DNA of 64,000 nt, taken from IMG/VR virus record IMGVR_UViG_3300003873_000005; one strand, given 5' to 3'. The DNA is from an uncultured virus (IMG/VR IMGVR_UViG_3300003873_000005) (lineage: Duplodnaviria > Heunggongvirae > Uroviricota > Caudoviricetes). The position numbers were made by a program, and so were the translations under genes. Positions within the stretch are counted from its first letter, which is position 1, and every line of letters starts with the position of its first letter. Of this stretch, positions 50,301 to 59,348 are shown piece after piece. The notes under the pieces were generated by a model, which ran no database searches, was not told the origin of the DNA, and worked only from the letters and a program-made list of their open reading frames with translations.

Positions 50301-53300
50301 TAGAACCAGTTATAGCTTGCAAATTCTTTAGTCTGTCTTGAAAGTCTAAAACACTGCCTACAGCCCCGGTCATAAGTGATGTTCCTGCGCCTAATAAAGC
50401 ATACGAACCCATAAAAGCTGCATTATTAATCATTTGATCACTAAAGTTAGCCCATCTACTTGAAGCTTGATTCTTCATAACTCTTTGTCTAGTATAGGCA
50501 TCTACTTTAGTATTTAAAGCCTCTTGTGTATTAACATATTCTGCAGAATTATCTGCATGTAGTTTATTAATGTCAGCTACTGCTTTAGCTGCATCAGTAA
50601 GTGCAGCAGCATCTTGTAAGTCTTTTGCACTTACCTCTGGTGCAGTTTTCATTTTTGAAATAAATTTATTAATATTGTTTTCATTTATTGGTGTTTTACC
50701 ATAATCAAACTCGGCACCAAAATCTTTCTTACTCATACCAACTATCTTAGATAGCATTCCCAAATGAGAGTTTAATTTTTCCAATTTACTATTAAGTACT
50801 TCGGCATTTTTTATATTTTTGGTATACTCAGGAGTTGTGGAAGCTTGATTGAATTGTCTCTTTAAGGTCATTTGATCAGATGAACCAAGATTAATATATT
50901 GGTGTAAAAGTTCTTGATTAACTTTACCTTTTGACTTAACTATTTCATCTATAAAACTTTTTACAGGGTCATTCTTTGCATAAGACTGTTTTATTAAATT
51001 AGTCTGTAACTTAAACAAATTATTATAATGTTCTTTTAATACACCTGTAGATGTTTCATTAATTCCTGCACTTTGCATATATCCATTTATAGCTTTTATA
51101 ACCCCTTTCAAATCATTAGGTTGAAAACTGCTTGGCTTTATCTCCTTTCCAAGATTACTTTTTCCTTCTTTAATAGCTTTAATTCTGGCATTTTCTGAAG
51201 CTTTTGTTAATTCCTTTTCTTTATCTGAATAACTTTTTAGACTATTCCATTCTTTAGAATTCTGGACTACGGCCCTTTTTTCTTCTATTGCTTTTGAAAC
51301 TCCCCCTTGGGTATAATTGAGATGATCTGTTATATCCTCTGAACTTAGCTGCGCTCTTATAGGCTCATTAGTAGCTTCATATATTTTTGCAAAGTCTATA
51401 TTATCAGTAGGTTTAAAATTAGCTCCGTTTTCTGTTCCTTCAGGTTTTTTAGTCCTAGTACTCTTCTTTGGAGTTTCCTCCTCTAATTTTTTATCTAAGA
51501 TATCTATAATACTAGCTGCATTATCAGTTTCGGAAATAAGTTTTTTCTGCTCCTCAGTAGGGTTTGTAGCCTTTGTAGCCTCTAGATATTTTTTTATCTT
51601 GTCTTGTGTAGCACCTAAATTTTTTAGCTCTTCTTCAGTTAAACCACCAGCGCTAAAATACTTAACTTTACCATCTGAAGCTGCTTTAGTAAATCTATCA
51701 AAGGAAGCTTTGCTATTAAGTCCTAAATCACGTACAGTTTTTTGACTTAGTACAGCTTCACCTCTCTGTAATAAAGCAGGTACATCATCTTTAATTGAGT
51801 GTCCTGGAATATAACCCCCTATAGCAAACTTTTTTACACCTTGTGCAAAACTACTTTCTAAGCTCCCAAAATGATTTGATTTTAAAGAATTTGCTAAATT
51901 GCTTAAAATAGTGAGTTTAGAACTATAATCTTTATCAGGTAAAAAAGTTTTGTCAGAAGCTAGTTGCTTAATTCTTTGTTTTATGGCAGCATTAAACTTT
52001 TCAGGATCTTTGTTTTTGTATAAACTATTCATATATTTTATATCTTTGTTCCAGTATAAAATATCTAAGCCTTCTTTATCTAATTTTGGTGTCTTAAGAC
52101 TGTCTATTAAATTTAATGCTTTATGTTTATCACCAACGTCTATTGCAGACTCATATCTAAATTTCAATGAATTTAATTTTTTTGTTTTTTCTTCTATGCC
52201 TAGATCAGGTAGAAGATTTTTATTACGTAAAAAATTATTAAATAGCACTTCTAAACTATCCTTAGATATAGAAGTACTTGCTGTTTTTAATACATCAGCT
52301 AAAATATTAAAATGCTTTTGAGTGGTACTAAGACCTTGTCCTAAGTAAGCATTATCTCGATCTTTTTTTAAACTTTTCAAACTTTTTTCTGCAGGTTCTT
52401 TTTTACCTGCAGACTTTTCTAAAGATTCAGCTAAATCAGTTATTGGCATATAGGTAGTTACATCTTTTAATTCCTCAGACTTTATATGTGCCAAGTTATA
52501 TAGACTATTTCTATACTGTTTATAACTATTATTTATATTTCCTATGGTCTGCTCAGAATAAGACTTATCTTCTGGAAGTATATGCTTAGAAACTAAATTA
52601 CCATAAGCTTCACTTTCTAAACCTTTTAAAGTTTTCTTATAATCTGCTTCAATAGCCTTTTCTGGATCTGTAAAATACTTTTGGGTTTCTTTAGTTATAT
52701 TGCCCATGTTAAGATTTTCTACTCTTTTATTTAAACCTGCAATAACATTCTCAACAGCTAATTGATGTATAGGACTTTGATCAGCATTAATTCCCATTCT
52801 AGAAATCATATTTGCTATATTTTTAATCTCGCTTTTATCAATACCTTTTCTCAGACCTACAGTTAAAAGTCTTCCTATAGAAGATTTAAGACTACTAGTA
52901 ATATTACTCACAGGAGATTGACTTCCAAAATTTAAATGACTTTTAGCTCTTTCTTCTAATACTTTTAAACCCTCAGGTCTAGATACAGCCTTTTTTACTA
53001 TCAACTTATCTAAATAAGTTCTACTATATTTATTAGTTTTAAAGGCTTCTTTTATAACTGATGTTTTACTTGAAGGACTATAATCTTTTGGATGTTTAAT
53101 GTTATAGATAGAATTACCTAGTTCTACAGGGTCTAGTTCTTTTAAAGGTATTAAATCTTTATTATAGTTATACTTTGTTAAAATACCTTGAACATGATTA
53201 GCTAATTCATACTCCTCTACAAGAAAAGCTCTTTTAATAGTATTATCCTCTGGTACAAAAGTTTCTTCTCCTAAAGCTTTATGTTTCATTAGTTCTTTAT

Positions 53301-56043
53301 GCTTAGACTCTATAACTGACATTTCTTTTTTGTACTCAGTTATTAGTAATTTATTCTTAGCTGTTGGATTCATTTCTAAAGCTTGTACTAGATTATCTCT
53401 CTTTAACCAAGCATAATCATCTTGAACATTATCCCCAGTCCAAGTATTAAATAATTTTAAGCCTCTACCTTGCATACTACTAAGATTAACTTTTGATTTA
53501 CCCTCTGCATTAGCCTTTTCAGCCATAGCATTTCTTAAAAACTTACCTGATTCTCCTTTATGTCCTACCCCAAGGGTAGTCCAATCATTAGAATTATCAT
53601 ACCGAGCTTGTAAGTCTAATAGTTTATTATATATATTATTATAGTAATCTTTTCCAAGATTTTCTTGGTCTCTACCTATCATGCCTAAAGATTTGCCTAA
53701 ATTTACTAATTGTAATATCTCAGTACTACTAGCTTCACCTTTTCGTACTTTATTAATTAAATTTGTTAGATAAGGTACTTTATGTTTAGAAAGCCCTTTA
53801 GTATCTTTTATCACCTTAGTAGATAGTAATTTATCTAAAGATTCAATATTAAAACCTCTCGAGGCTTCACTACCCACTAAAACTTTATTAAGAAGCTGAT
53901 CTTTCTCAAGAGTATCACCTTTAATCTTATTCCAGTCTGCTTTTTCTGAATTAATATCACCAAAAGCAAACAAATTTGCCTCTATATCTGCAGGAGTATA
54001 GCCTTCGTCAAGTAGTTGTCTTCTTTTTGATTCTAAATTTTTACTTTTATCAATAGCTTCTATACCTAGAGCCTCACTAAGAGTTTCACCAAAGGCATTT
54101 GTAGTGTATTTATCAGAAAGTTGGCCAAAATTCTCCCCTGAACCTATTAATTCTTTTTCTACAGCAAAACTATCCATACTTTTAACTTCTTCAGGATGCA
54201 CTAAAGAATAGCCATCTAAAAGCCTGTTAGAAAATTTACTTAAAGCTTGCTTTTGCTTATCACGATTTAACATTGAATTATCAAAAGTAGCCTTCAACTG
54301 TCTATTTTTACTGGTATTTAAAGCACTCCTATCCTGTATAGATTCTATAGTATTTTTATCCATAAAACTACCAAGAGTTTCTAAGGTCTTAGAAAAAATA
54401 TTTTTATTATATTTACCTTTAGCCACTTCACCAATTAAGGCATCTAAGAAATCTTTTCTGAAATTACCCTCTAAGTTTGTTACTCCTTCAAGTATAAAAG
54501 GTTCACTATAATTTGGAATTCCAGTAGATAATATAGTTTTTGCAGCTAACCAAGGTCTATCCATTGTAAATAAATTAACCTGTTTATTAAAATCTTCAGA
54601 CTTTTTTGTAATACCATGATTATTTAATAACTCAAGATAATTCTTTTTAGTTATACCCTTTTTTTGTTGAACAAATTTTAGTTCATCTAATCTTGAGCCT
54701 ATTGTAACAAGTTTAGATATAGTATTTCTAGTAGGTAGATCTAAACCATCACTGCCTGTTTTTAAAGTAGGTATTATAGAACTATAAATGCCATTTGCTG
54801 ATACATTAACTGCCTCAGCCTTTTTAAGTATTTTTTCTCTCAAGTCTAAATAATGATCCCTAGATCTTTTTACTCTGTCCTCAGCCATTTTATCTATAAA
54901 AGTTCGTCGTTCTTTAGGATTAAAAGTATCAAAAGCGCTTTTACGATCATCAAAATTAAAAGCCTCTATACCTTTAGTACTATTTAATAAGTCTACTTTA
55001 TCAGTATTAGATATTCTTATCAAATGCTTTAAATCGCTAATAGAGGTATTTTTTAATAACTTCCTGGCTTTTCCATAAGAAAGACCTTCTGTAAGTTTGT
55101 AAGCAATTTTACGAAATTCTTTATAAGCATCTGGACGTAGTTCTCTCTGTAAATTTAAATAATTTTTATCTATCTCCTCTAAAGACCATTGACCTTCCTC
55201 ATTAGGAAATATTTGAGTTACTTTATCAAGTTTTTTTCTTAGTCTGTCAACTCTAAAATCATTGGTATAAGTTATTCCATTGGAATCTTTTATAGGATTT
55301 TCACTATAGCTGATTCTATTCTTATTATAGCCACTCTCTTCAAGTTTTACCCTATTAAAAACAGGATTTAATCCATCTTTAGAAACTGTTCGTACCTTGT
55401 CTAAGTCATTAAACATATCTAGTACCCCAGAAATTAGCACACTAGGTTTTCCTGGATCTAAATTTTTTATCGTTGGTAATATCACCTCGCCTTTAGAATT
55501 ACTTAAAAAACTATCTTTTATCACCATTTTACGATTAGCACTGCTTATTTTTCCAGTAAAATGTTTTATTTTATACTCACCAGGTTCTATATTTAGAGCA
55601 TCAGCTAATTTTTTTATTTCTTCTTTAAGCTTTGCTCCTCTAGTAGAATAATTACTAACTTGAGTATTAGTTAAATGATAATCTTTAGAAAATTGTGCCC
55701 AGTCGGCCTCAAAGTTTGGGTTTTTTTGTACAGCATGATATTGAATAAAATTGTTAGCTATTTGATCAAAACTATTTCTTTCACCAAAAGATCGTAACAC
55801 TGTAGATACATTTTGATAGGCTTTTGTTCTAGCTGAAAGGGCTAAACCTGCATCTTCTTTACTAAGTATAGGTTTATCTCTCAATAGACTGTACTTACTC
55901 CTGAGATATCCATTAACCGTATTTAATGATCTAGTATCTTTTATTGTAGAATTACCCTGTAGTTTCTTATCTTCAGCAAATGCCTCGTCAATAAGTTCAT
56001 TTATATTATCTAGATTAAACTCGTCAATATTCATTTTTATCAT
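44353..56043 (-). CDS. giant tape measure protein (3,896 aa)
   Basis: TP901-type core (FQDRLKNLQAITG...TTKFSASEI..A...LGQAG) near 50,350-49,600; C-terminal HATG..LPGYGGGDIIPSMLEPGEAVV; follows the chaperones. Confidence 0.93.
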   Translation of the reverse strand: MIKMNIDEFNLDNINELIDEAFAEDKKLQGNSTIKDTRSLNTVNGYLRSKYSLLRDKPILSKEDAGLALSARTKAYQNVSTVLRSFGERNSFDQIANNFIQYHAVQKNPNFEADWAQFSKDYHLTNTQVSNYSTRGAKLKEEIKKLADALNIEPGEYKIKHFTGKISSANRKMVIKDSFLSNSKGEVILPTIKNLDPGKPSVLISGVLDMFNDLDKVRTVSKDGLNPVFNRVKLEESGYNKNRISYSENPIKDSNGITYTNDFRVDRLRKKLDKVTQIFPNEEGQWSLEEIDKNYLNLQRELRPDAYKEFRKIAYKLTEGLSYGKARKLLKNTSISDLKHLIRISNTDKVDLLNSTKGIEAFNFDDRKSAFDTFNPKERRTFIDKMAEDRVKRSRDHYLDLREKILKKAEAVNVSANGIYSSIIPTLKTGSDGLDLPTRNTISKLVTIGSRLDELKFVQQKKGITKKNYLELLNNHGITKKSEDFNKQVNLFTMDRPWLAAKTILSTGIPNYSEPFILEGVTNLEGNFRKDFLDALIGEVAKGKYNKNIFSKTLETLGSFMDKNTIESIQDRSALNTSKNRQLKATFDNSMLNRDKQKQALSKFSNRLLDGYSLVHPEEVKSMDSFAVEKELIGSGENFGQLSDKYTTNAFGETLSEALGIEAIDKSKNLESKRRQLLDEGYTPADIEANLFAFGDINSEKADWNKIKGDTLEKDQLLNKVLVGSEASRGFNIESLDKLLSTKVIKDTKGLSKHKVPYLTNLINKVRKGEASSTEILQLVNLGKSLGMIGRDQENLGKDYYNNIYNKLLDLQARYDNSNDWTTLGVGHKGESGKFLRNAMAEKANAEGKSKVNLSSMQGRGLKLFNTWTGDNVQDDYAWLKRDNLVQALEMNPTAKNKLLITEYKKEMSVIESKHKELMKHKALGEETFVPEDNTIKRAFLVEEYELANHVQGILTKYNYNKDLIPLKELDPVELGNSIYNIKHPKDYSPSSKTSVIKEAFKTNKYSRTYLDKLIVKKAVSRPEGLKVLEERAKSHLNFGSQSPVSNITSSLKSSIGRLLTVGLRKGIDKSEIKNIANMISRMGINADQSPIHQLAVENVIAGLNKRVENLNMGNITKETQKYFTDPEKAIEADYKKTLKGLESEAYGNLVSKHILPEDKSYSEQTIGNINNSYKQYRNSLYNLAHIKSEELKDVTTYMPITDLAESLEKSAGKKEPAEKSLKSLKKDRDNAYLGQGLSTTQKHFNILADVLKTASTSISKDSLEVLFNNFLRNKNLLPDLGIEEKTKKLNSLKFRYESAIDVGDKHKALNLIDSLKTPKLDKEGLDILYWNKDIKYMNSLYKNKDPEKFNAAIKQRIKQLASDKTFLPDKDYSSKLTILSNLANSLKSNHFGSLESSFAQGVKKFAIGGYIPGHSIKDDVPALLQRGEAVLSQKTVRDLGLNSKASFDRFTKAASDGKVKYFSAGGLTEEELKNLGATQDKIKKYLEATKATNPTEEQKKLISETDNAASIIDILDKKLEEETPKKSTRTKKPEGTENGANFKPTDNIDFAKIYEATNEPIRAQLSSEDITDHLNYTQGGVSKAIEEKRAVVQNSKEWNSLKSYSDKEKELTKASENARIKAIKEGKSNLGKEIKPSSFQPNDLKGVIKAINGYMQSAGINETSTGVLKEHYNNLFKLQTNLIKQSYAKNDPVKSFIDEIVKSKGKVNQELLHQYINLGSSDQMTLKRQFNQASTTPEYTKNIKNAEVLNSKLEKLNSHLGMLSKIVGMSKKDFGAEFDYGKTPINENNINKFISKMKTAPEVSAKDLQDAAALTDAAKAVADINKLHADNSAEYVNTQEALNTKVDAYTRQRVMKNQASSRWANFSDQMINNAAFMGSYALLGAGTSLMTGAVGSVLDFQDRLKNLQAITGSTTGEMGVLTKAVEKVAVTTKFSASEISDAATILGQAGYSATNIKSSLGGVVKLATATGSSLQDSTQTMTSALTIWNKAYSDSASVANEFTAAVNKSKLDINSLGLALQYSGNIAAQGNIPLKDVVTITALMKDAGIKRGSTLGTGQRMLFSDIIAPSKKFTRSLQDADISLQEFNKVFNNEGVIGVFKFMKKSGYNFKDATKGMEIRERTAYAAVSNQIDKAEPFRQSITGTQAAENANAVQLSSTKNRFKNMINSWAIQAFTGTEGLLSTSGSLFKFLTVNTKSRDRTLFTGGGKQYIDNLGIPKVATSGGVGLTTSAALAAAAAYYGLKHKASLTSRLKANFGSKGSSLSDLFSGVEGEAGESMITNLVKSVFKKSILGLGVTAAMAYPHALAQKDKTGSTAVGAVDLSASIAKAAAPLIAGSIAAAPFTGGTSLAVGAAAALGTSVIQDSLGVNSGIDKLEAWANKKIVGTSAKKLFQDIAITASGYASLQSDLQKTSQSIKKDKSLNILKTIDTSNLVGSKLTEALAKNRAITEDNENKNLLSLKTAYSLAVQYNKQLTDLNSYMGTNVKITSDITLDNKNNAKQLIKNIALVQKTLVEARTKYSKGVLKGITSNDLYARPSKDVITKVTSDAKYRSVAISNPFNKPFDEIARVSPILYGESNTQDIMRSETSAYLKVLRDKTGFGPKTNSDMKNLEKQIIDGRNKTAVAAVLTSNNSELLAGILKQIDTAAENNKQNIYSSKRSDIRKRLKSVLADQAGYRTFLGDLGDISNLKESFGKAVKEPLDKIDTAMKQSFTQFNRVLGIEGNKFTDSLAKSTLNAYREIKNKASDVKLAGLDKIFKSSAAIRRFISSSDTSSSYKNLDLTRLNQVNTNVKSSEDLGSSFKGTIDALKTPMNEALELSKLDLKVMKSIDSFVNNMAIFKDIGLNKNNTLIHGADQASSAFEYKFKKGLQAALDANAPSSEKMALSAKIYKENLGIRRQNALDINRLQTTFKSNQINLNASHKLEALDRNYSFNLESIGIKVEQQKEALSRRYNFNLGSLAIQTQHAIRDAGISKSRNLRNLNLSDVENQASIGRSKQYAIQDLNLKKVYAIADLNLQTARRLEDISINYTRQSEDVNISRSRNLEKVKVGYSRQTENIGIAKDRNILQAGIHFERAVVDLNKARNYAITDATKNYARQVQQINLNYQRTIDAIGRARTDTNMLFKRSMNKPVTITVNADTLLGVADKFSNLQLALDANKAKLAENTTAIKQWININKTKEDLVKAAYQTAYKASGGDVNSAIFNKTYKDYMNKNSNRLIDAITSMGIDRAQSGYGYDVNKALVDPNYIKNQVANPGVQVTAASAAVGNQVTTQDIVKLLYGMANGSYRTTSTVGAVTSAKGDMGSKLYDLQTSMVKLDLQLRDSGIRYTQQLQDSATKQQYILADLTESYNRKLEKINLDQKRALEDINTKFQQAMEDTARRLTQAEQDVATNFSQAMEDLSRKRVQAEQDVHRQAQQRLDDLNRNFARSLDKINEDATRQLGELEIRFRNSIAKINQAYSDSMEDITRKAVDMKAQLSRTFSFDSKENSISGAQAEAAAARRKAQQAAEIEIARQQAQEALKAQTAEMVQVMSLQFKQGMAAFQKKQSDTLRMWHIDAKILAHKYAASYKQSIELAMFNATILKQKLQTSITKALAGVDTKTKVIATKISALFQKMESNPKLVAAFKKLGFNSANEMVKAIDNGFKTSTIKTALANEMIKELNLGVHLFTEKTGPAASKITEAYSKLNNSMSNGSNKFNNTFSSIASRMKSSFLFPQKAFIFAFKNFNNSINQSSRQTSLLIKQNGYSLSGAVRGLGSTLGNAFNSAFNYIESIFSTPLPTHKHATGVVLPGYGGGDIIPSMLEPGEAVVRKEAVRALGADFFNGLNENKGFSIPSMNTNVIHNSNIFNEVPVGNNYNITIPVSPDASLTSIERNMPAIADGVKRVFEEYL

Positions 56044-56626
56044 AATCCTCCAGCCAAGAAACTTTCTATTCCATTAAAACTTGCTTTTGGTAAATTTGAG
56101 TCTGTTTTTTCTGTTTCAATATTATTACCATTAGCTTTTGCTACTAGTATAAACATATCATAAAGTTTAGAGTTGGTAATCTTTAATTTCAATTCTGCGC
56201 TATACAGAAGTTCTTTTCTAGTGAGTATAAATGCAACTTTTAGTAACTCTGCATTTTTAAAGTCATAAAGCCATAAAAATAGATCATCTACTTTAAACTC
56301 TGAGATTGTCTTTATTAATTCGAACTGGTCTGATCTGCCATCTGAAGTTTCTCCATTCTCTTTTGGGTCTCCTGTGCTCTCTTGTTTCTGCGGAAAAAAA
56401 AATCTGTGAAATAGTCATAAACCTCTTGTAAATAAGTCTCACACTCTTCAGCCGTAAGTATATTTACATTAAATGGCTCTGTTATATTACCAAAGCTGTC
56501 TCTATCGGATAGAACTTCTATTAGTACTTTTTCACTTAAATCAGGATTAAAAAATAAATTAGAAAAGTTATCATCCGTTGTAAGTATTTTATAAAGTACT
56601 TTATGTAAACCCCAGGTTATTTTCAT
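56040..56626 (-). CDS. tail assembly chaperone GT (programmed -1 frameshift product)
   Basis: T9 slippery run at 56402-56394; -1 frame stays open for about 120 codons to a TGA overlapping the TMP ATG. Confidence 0.85.
56315..56626 (-). CDS. tail assembly chaperone G
   Basis: Between tail tube and TMP; AAGGAG RBS. Confidence 0.85.
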   Translation of the reverse strand: MKITWGLHKVLYKILTTDDNFSNLFFNPDLSEKVLIEVLSDRDSFGNITEPFNVNILTAEECETYLQEVYDYFTDFFFRRNKRAQETQKRMEKLQMADQTSSN

Positions 56627-56629
56627 TAT

Positions 56630-56708
56630 ATGGCTCCTTATATAATATTAGAAGAGACCAAGGAGCCATTGGTCTCTTCTAATACTAAATGCCCCTAATT
56701 AAAGGGGC
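56630..56708 (-). promoter_or_regulatory. structured leader: GC hairpin plus 16-bp hairpin with an anti-SD loop
   Basis: Stems at 56691-56708 and 56646-56684; 56660-56669 is the exact reverse complement of the SD region 56630-56639. Confidence 0.65.
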
Positions 56709-56714
56709 TTAACT

Positions 56715-57548
56715 TTAGCACCCAGCTGCTGAGAATTTCTTAGCTAGTCTTCCCATAGGAAATTTTTTGATTATTTGCTTAGTTACTGCATCTGTACCAA
56801 ACTTACCACTATTGATATCACAAGTTGTTGGTTGTAATGGTTCAATAGTAAAAGCTAGTGCACCAAAATTTTGAGTAGATGATGCCACCTCTGCTGAGCC
56901 AGAAATTGTACCCTTCCAAATATCATAAACAAAAGGAGTATTGTCAAGAGGCATAACGCCTACAATTTGAATAGTTAATGGTGGAACATTATCTTCAGAA
57001 CCAAGTTTTATTGAAACTACTTTTACTACTTGAAAATCTGTTGTTGTTTCCCTAGGCATCGGTAAAGATACAGAAATTTTACTATTACCCGCATCCACTG
57101 AAGCTACTTCCATAACCATAACATTATCTGGAGCAAATTTATCATATACATAAATTGTATCATCTGCTGTAAAACCAGTGGTATCTGCAACAGTTAGATC
57201 AGTATCACCAACAATACCTGCTGTAGCTATTGTTGTACTTGCTTCTGTATTAGAAATTGCAGCGGCTAATGCCTCATTATCACCATAGATCATTGCCAAG
57301 TTACTTATACTATATTCATTTAAGTTACCAGAAACTGTCATTTCTCTAGATGTTACAGCTGTTGCATAGGTTTTCTGAGGAAAACCCGCTTTAAGTTTTG
57401 CTTGATTAGTAGTCATAGCTACTTTAGAATCTTGCAAAAGTCCAATTGTATCTGCTGGTCCTAACTTACCAGCTTTTGTTAAATCACTAGATACTCTAAT
57501 ATCTAGATCGCCCATAAAAAATTCTTGGGTCTTAGCTTGATTAGCCAT
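56715..57548 (-). CDS. major tail (tube) protein
   Basis: Position; own TATAAT and RBS; beta-rich. Confidence 0.8.
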   Translation of the reverse strand: MANQAKTQEFFMGDLDIRVSSDLTKAGKLGPADTIGLLQDSKVAMTTNQAKLKAGFPQKTYATAVTSREMTVSGNLNEYSISNLAMIYGDNEALAAAISNTEASTTIATAGIVGDTDLTVADTTGFTADDTIYVYDKFAPDNVMVMEVASVDAGNSKISVSLPMPRETTTDFQVVKVVSIKLGSEDNVPPLTIQIVGVMPLDNTPFVYDIWKGTISGSAEVASSTQNFGALAFTIEPLQPTTCDINSGKFGTDAVTKQIIKKFPMGRLAKKFSAAGC

Positions 57549-57593
57549 GTATGTCCTTTTTAATTTTATTTACTTTTAATTATACAGTCTAAA

Positions 57594-58073
57594 CTACTTT
57601 AGATAGCCTATAAAGGTGATCTTCAATGAATTAAAACTTGCCTTAAACTGCCCCGCGCTTAAAGCATCTTGGCTTAAACTCTGTATCACTAACTTTTTAC
57701 CTGTGTCATTTAATACTGTTGAGGATGCCTCTAATCCAGCAGCTTCATAAACTGTAACTGTAGAGTATTTTTTATGTAAAACTTCAAAATGTTCAAATAC
57801 TTTCAAAGTTAATATAGAGTTTATGTCCTTTGTTGAAGAAAAAGAAGGCACTAAATTATACTCAATATGAATAAATTTATTTTTAGTATCTTTTAATCTT
57901 TGCATCACAACTATTTTATCAGTATCTGTATTTAATATAGCAGCTGTAGCTTCAAAAGAAGTAGTACTAGCGAATTCAAAATCTGGTAAATCTGGATCAT
58001 TTGCTAATTCAGATATAAATTGATTAAATAAGTAATAAATACTAGCTGCTGCATCTAAACTATTTGCCATCAT
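57594..58073 (-). CDS. tail terminator / completion protein (putative)
   Basis: Synteny. Confidence 0.55.
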   Translation of the reverse strand: MMANSLDAAASIYYLFNQFISELANDPDLPDFEFASTTSFEATAAILNTDTDKIVVMQRLKDTKNKFIHIEYNLVPSFSSTKDINSILTLKVFEHFEVLHKKYSTVTVYEAAGLEASSTVLNDTGKKLVIQSLSQDALSAGQFKASFNSLKITFIGYLK

Positions 58074-58672
58074 TGCTCCCTTGTAGCGTGCAAAATTATT
58101 GCCCCAGAAGTTACTCCTAAGGATGTCTGCTTAAATCTTAAACCTTCATAGTATATAATATAAGTTCTATTTAACTTTATCTCTGAGTTTTTAGCAAGAT
58201 AAAAAAGTATATCTCCTGTATTTACAATTTGTGTTTTATTCACACTTAAGCTTTCCTTTATATGTGCAGGAAAAACCCCATTAATAATCTGTAATTTGTT
58301 ACCATCTATGTTAGCAATATTGCCATCAGTCTCTAGTTGCTTTGTTCCACCAATGGCATTTTTAATGGCTATTACCTCTTGTAACTGTATATACTCAGAC
58401 ATAGGTAATAGTTCATAGGTCCATTGATCCTTATTAAAAGGTTCTTTTAATAAATCAAATACTAGGTATAACTGACCTTTAATATTTATATACCTACCAA
58501 CTAGATCTGGTCGTATGTCATTCTTAGCGGTAATAAAAAGGTGTATTTTAGAAGGTGCTAAGGTATTCTGTTGCAAGCTATATCGAAATTGAATTTTATT
58601 CTTAGTATAATTACTACTAACAAAAAAATCCATTTGTTTTTGAAACCGGCTACGGACTAAATTTATGTCCAT
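58070..58672 (-). CDS. head closure / neck protein (putative)
   Basis: Synteny. Confidence 0.55.
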   Translation of the reverse strand: MDINLVRSRFQKQMDFFVSSNYTKNKIQFRYSLQQNTLAPSKIHLFITAKNDIRPDLVGRYINIKGQLYLVFDLLKEPFNKDQWTYELLPMSEYIQLQEVIAIKNAIGGTKQLETDGNIANIDGNKLQIINGVFPAHIKESLSVNKTQIVNTGDILFYLAKNSEIKLNRTYIIYYEGLRFKQTSLGVTSGAIILHATREQ

Positions 58673-58676
58673 GTTT

Positions 58677-59075
58677 TTAACCTTGAGTTACTGGATCAGT
58701 ACTAGGGGTTACTATTGTGAATAATGAAACATCAGATACTATTGGCTTTTCTATTTTACTTATAAAGTTTGCAGCATACTCAAATAAGCTATCTAAGGTA
58801 TTAAATCTAGTAAATGAATTAAAATTATCTTTTATAGACTTTGGTATAGACATAGCTATTGAGTTACTAAGAAGAGTTATAGCTTTGTAACCCATATAGT
58901 CTAATTGTGTTACAGCTTCCTTTGTAGGATTATTATCATCAAGTTCGACAACAGTAGCAAAATACTGTTGTCTTAATAGCTTAACTTTTAATATTATTTT
59001 AGAATTATCAAGTAGCTCATCAGATAATTCTGCTGCTGTAAGACCACATAGGCTCCTTATATAGTCATTAGTCAT
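58677..59075 (-). CDS. head-tail adaptor (putative)
   Basis: Synteny; likely start MTNDYIRSLCGL, since the longer track start lies inside the upstream repeat. Confidence 0.6.
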   Translation of the reverse strand: MTNDYIRSLCGLTAAELSDELLDNSKIILKVKLLRQQYFATVVELDDNNPTKEAVTQLDYMGYKAITLLSNSIAMSIPKSIKDNFNSFTRFNTLDSLFEYAANFISKIEKPIVSDVSLFTIVTPSTDPVTQG

Positions 59076-59079
59076 GATA

Positions 59080-59340
59080 TTACTTAGTCTTTCCAGCTTT
59101 TGCCTTAGCTGCCGCTTCAGCTTCAGCTTTTGCCTTAGCTGCTGCCTTAGCTTCAGCTTTTGCCTTAACTGCTGCCTCTGCTTCAACCTCAACCATTTCA
59201 ACCTCTATTAAAAGTCCTTCAGCAAGTGCACTTCTAATTGTTCCGGTTACTTTTACCTCGACAGCATCAGGACCATTTATAACAGTCCCTTGCTCTTGAC
59301 AGTAAACAACCATTTTAGGATTTTTAACTTTAACTTTCAT
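59080..59340 (-). CDS. small head-associated protein with an Ala/Lys repeat tail
   Basis: Follows the MCP; KAKAEAEAAA repeats. Confidence 0.65.
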   Translation of the reverse strand: MKVKVKNPKMVVYCQEQGTVINGPDAVEVKVTGTIRSALAEGLLIEVEMVEVEAEAAVKAKAEAKAAAKAKAEAEAAAKAKAGKTK

Positions 59341-59348
59341 AATTGCTC

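Noticed and set aside
50400..56043. Virion RNA polymerase fused to the tape measure protein
   Set aside because: No DxDGD or recognisable single-subunit RNAP motif was found by eye; the region is left as unknown.
59076..59201. N-terminal extension MKWLRLKQRQQ... of ORF 58677-59201
   Set aside because: Out-of-frame reading of the upstream KAKAEAEAAA repeat; ATG59075 is the more plausible start.
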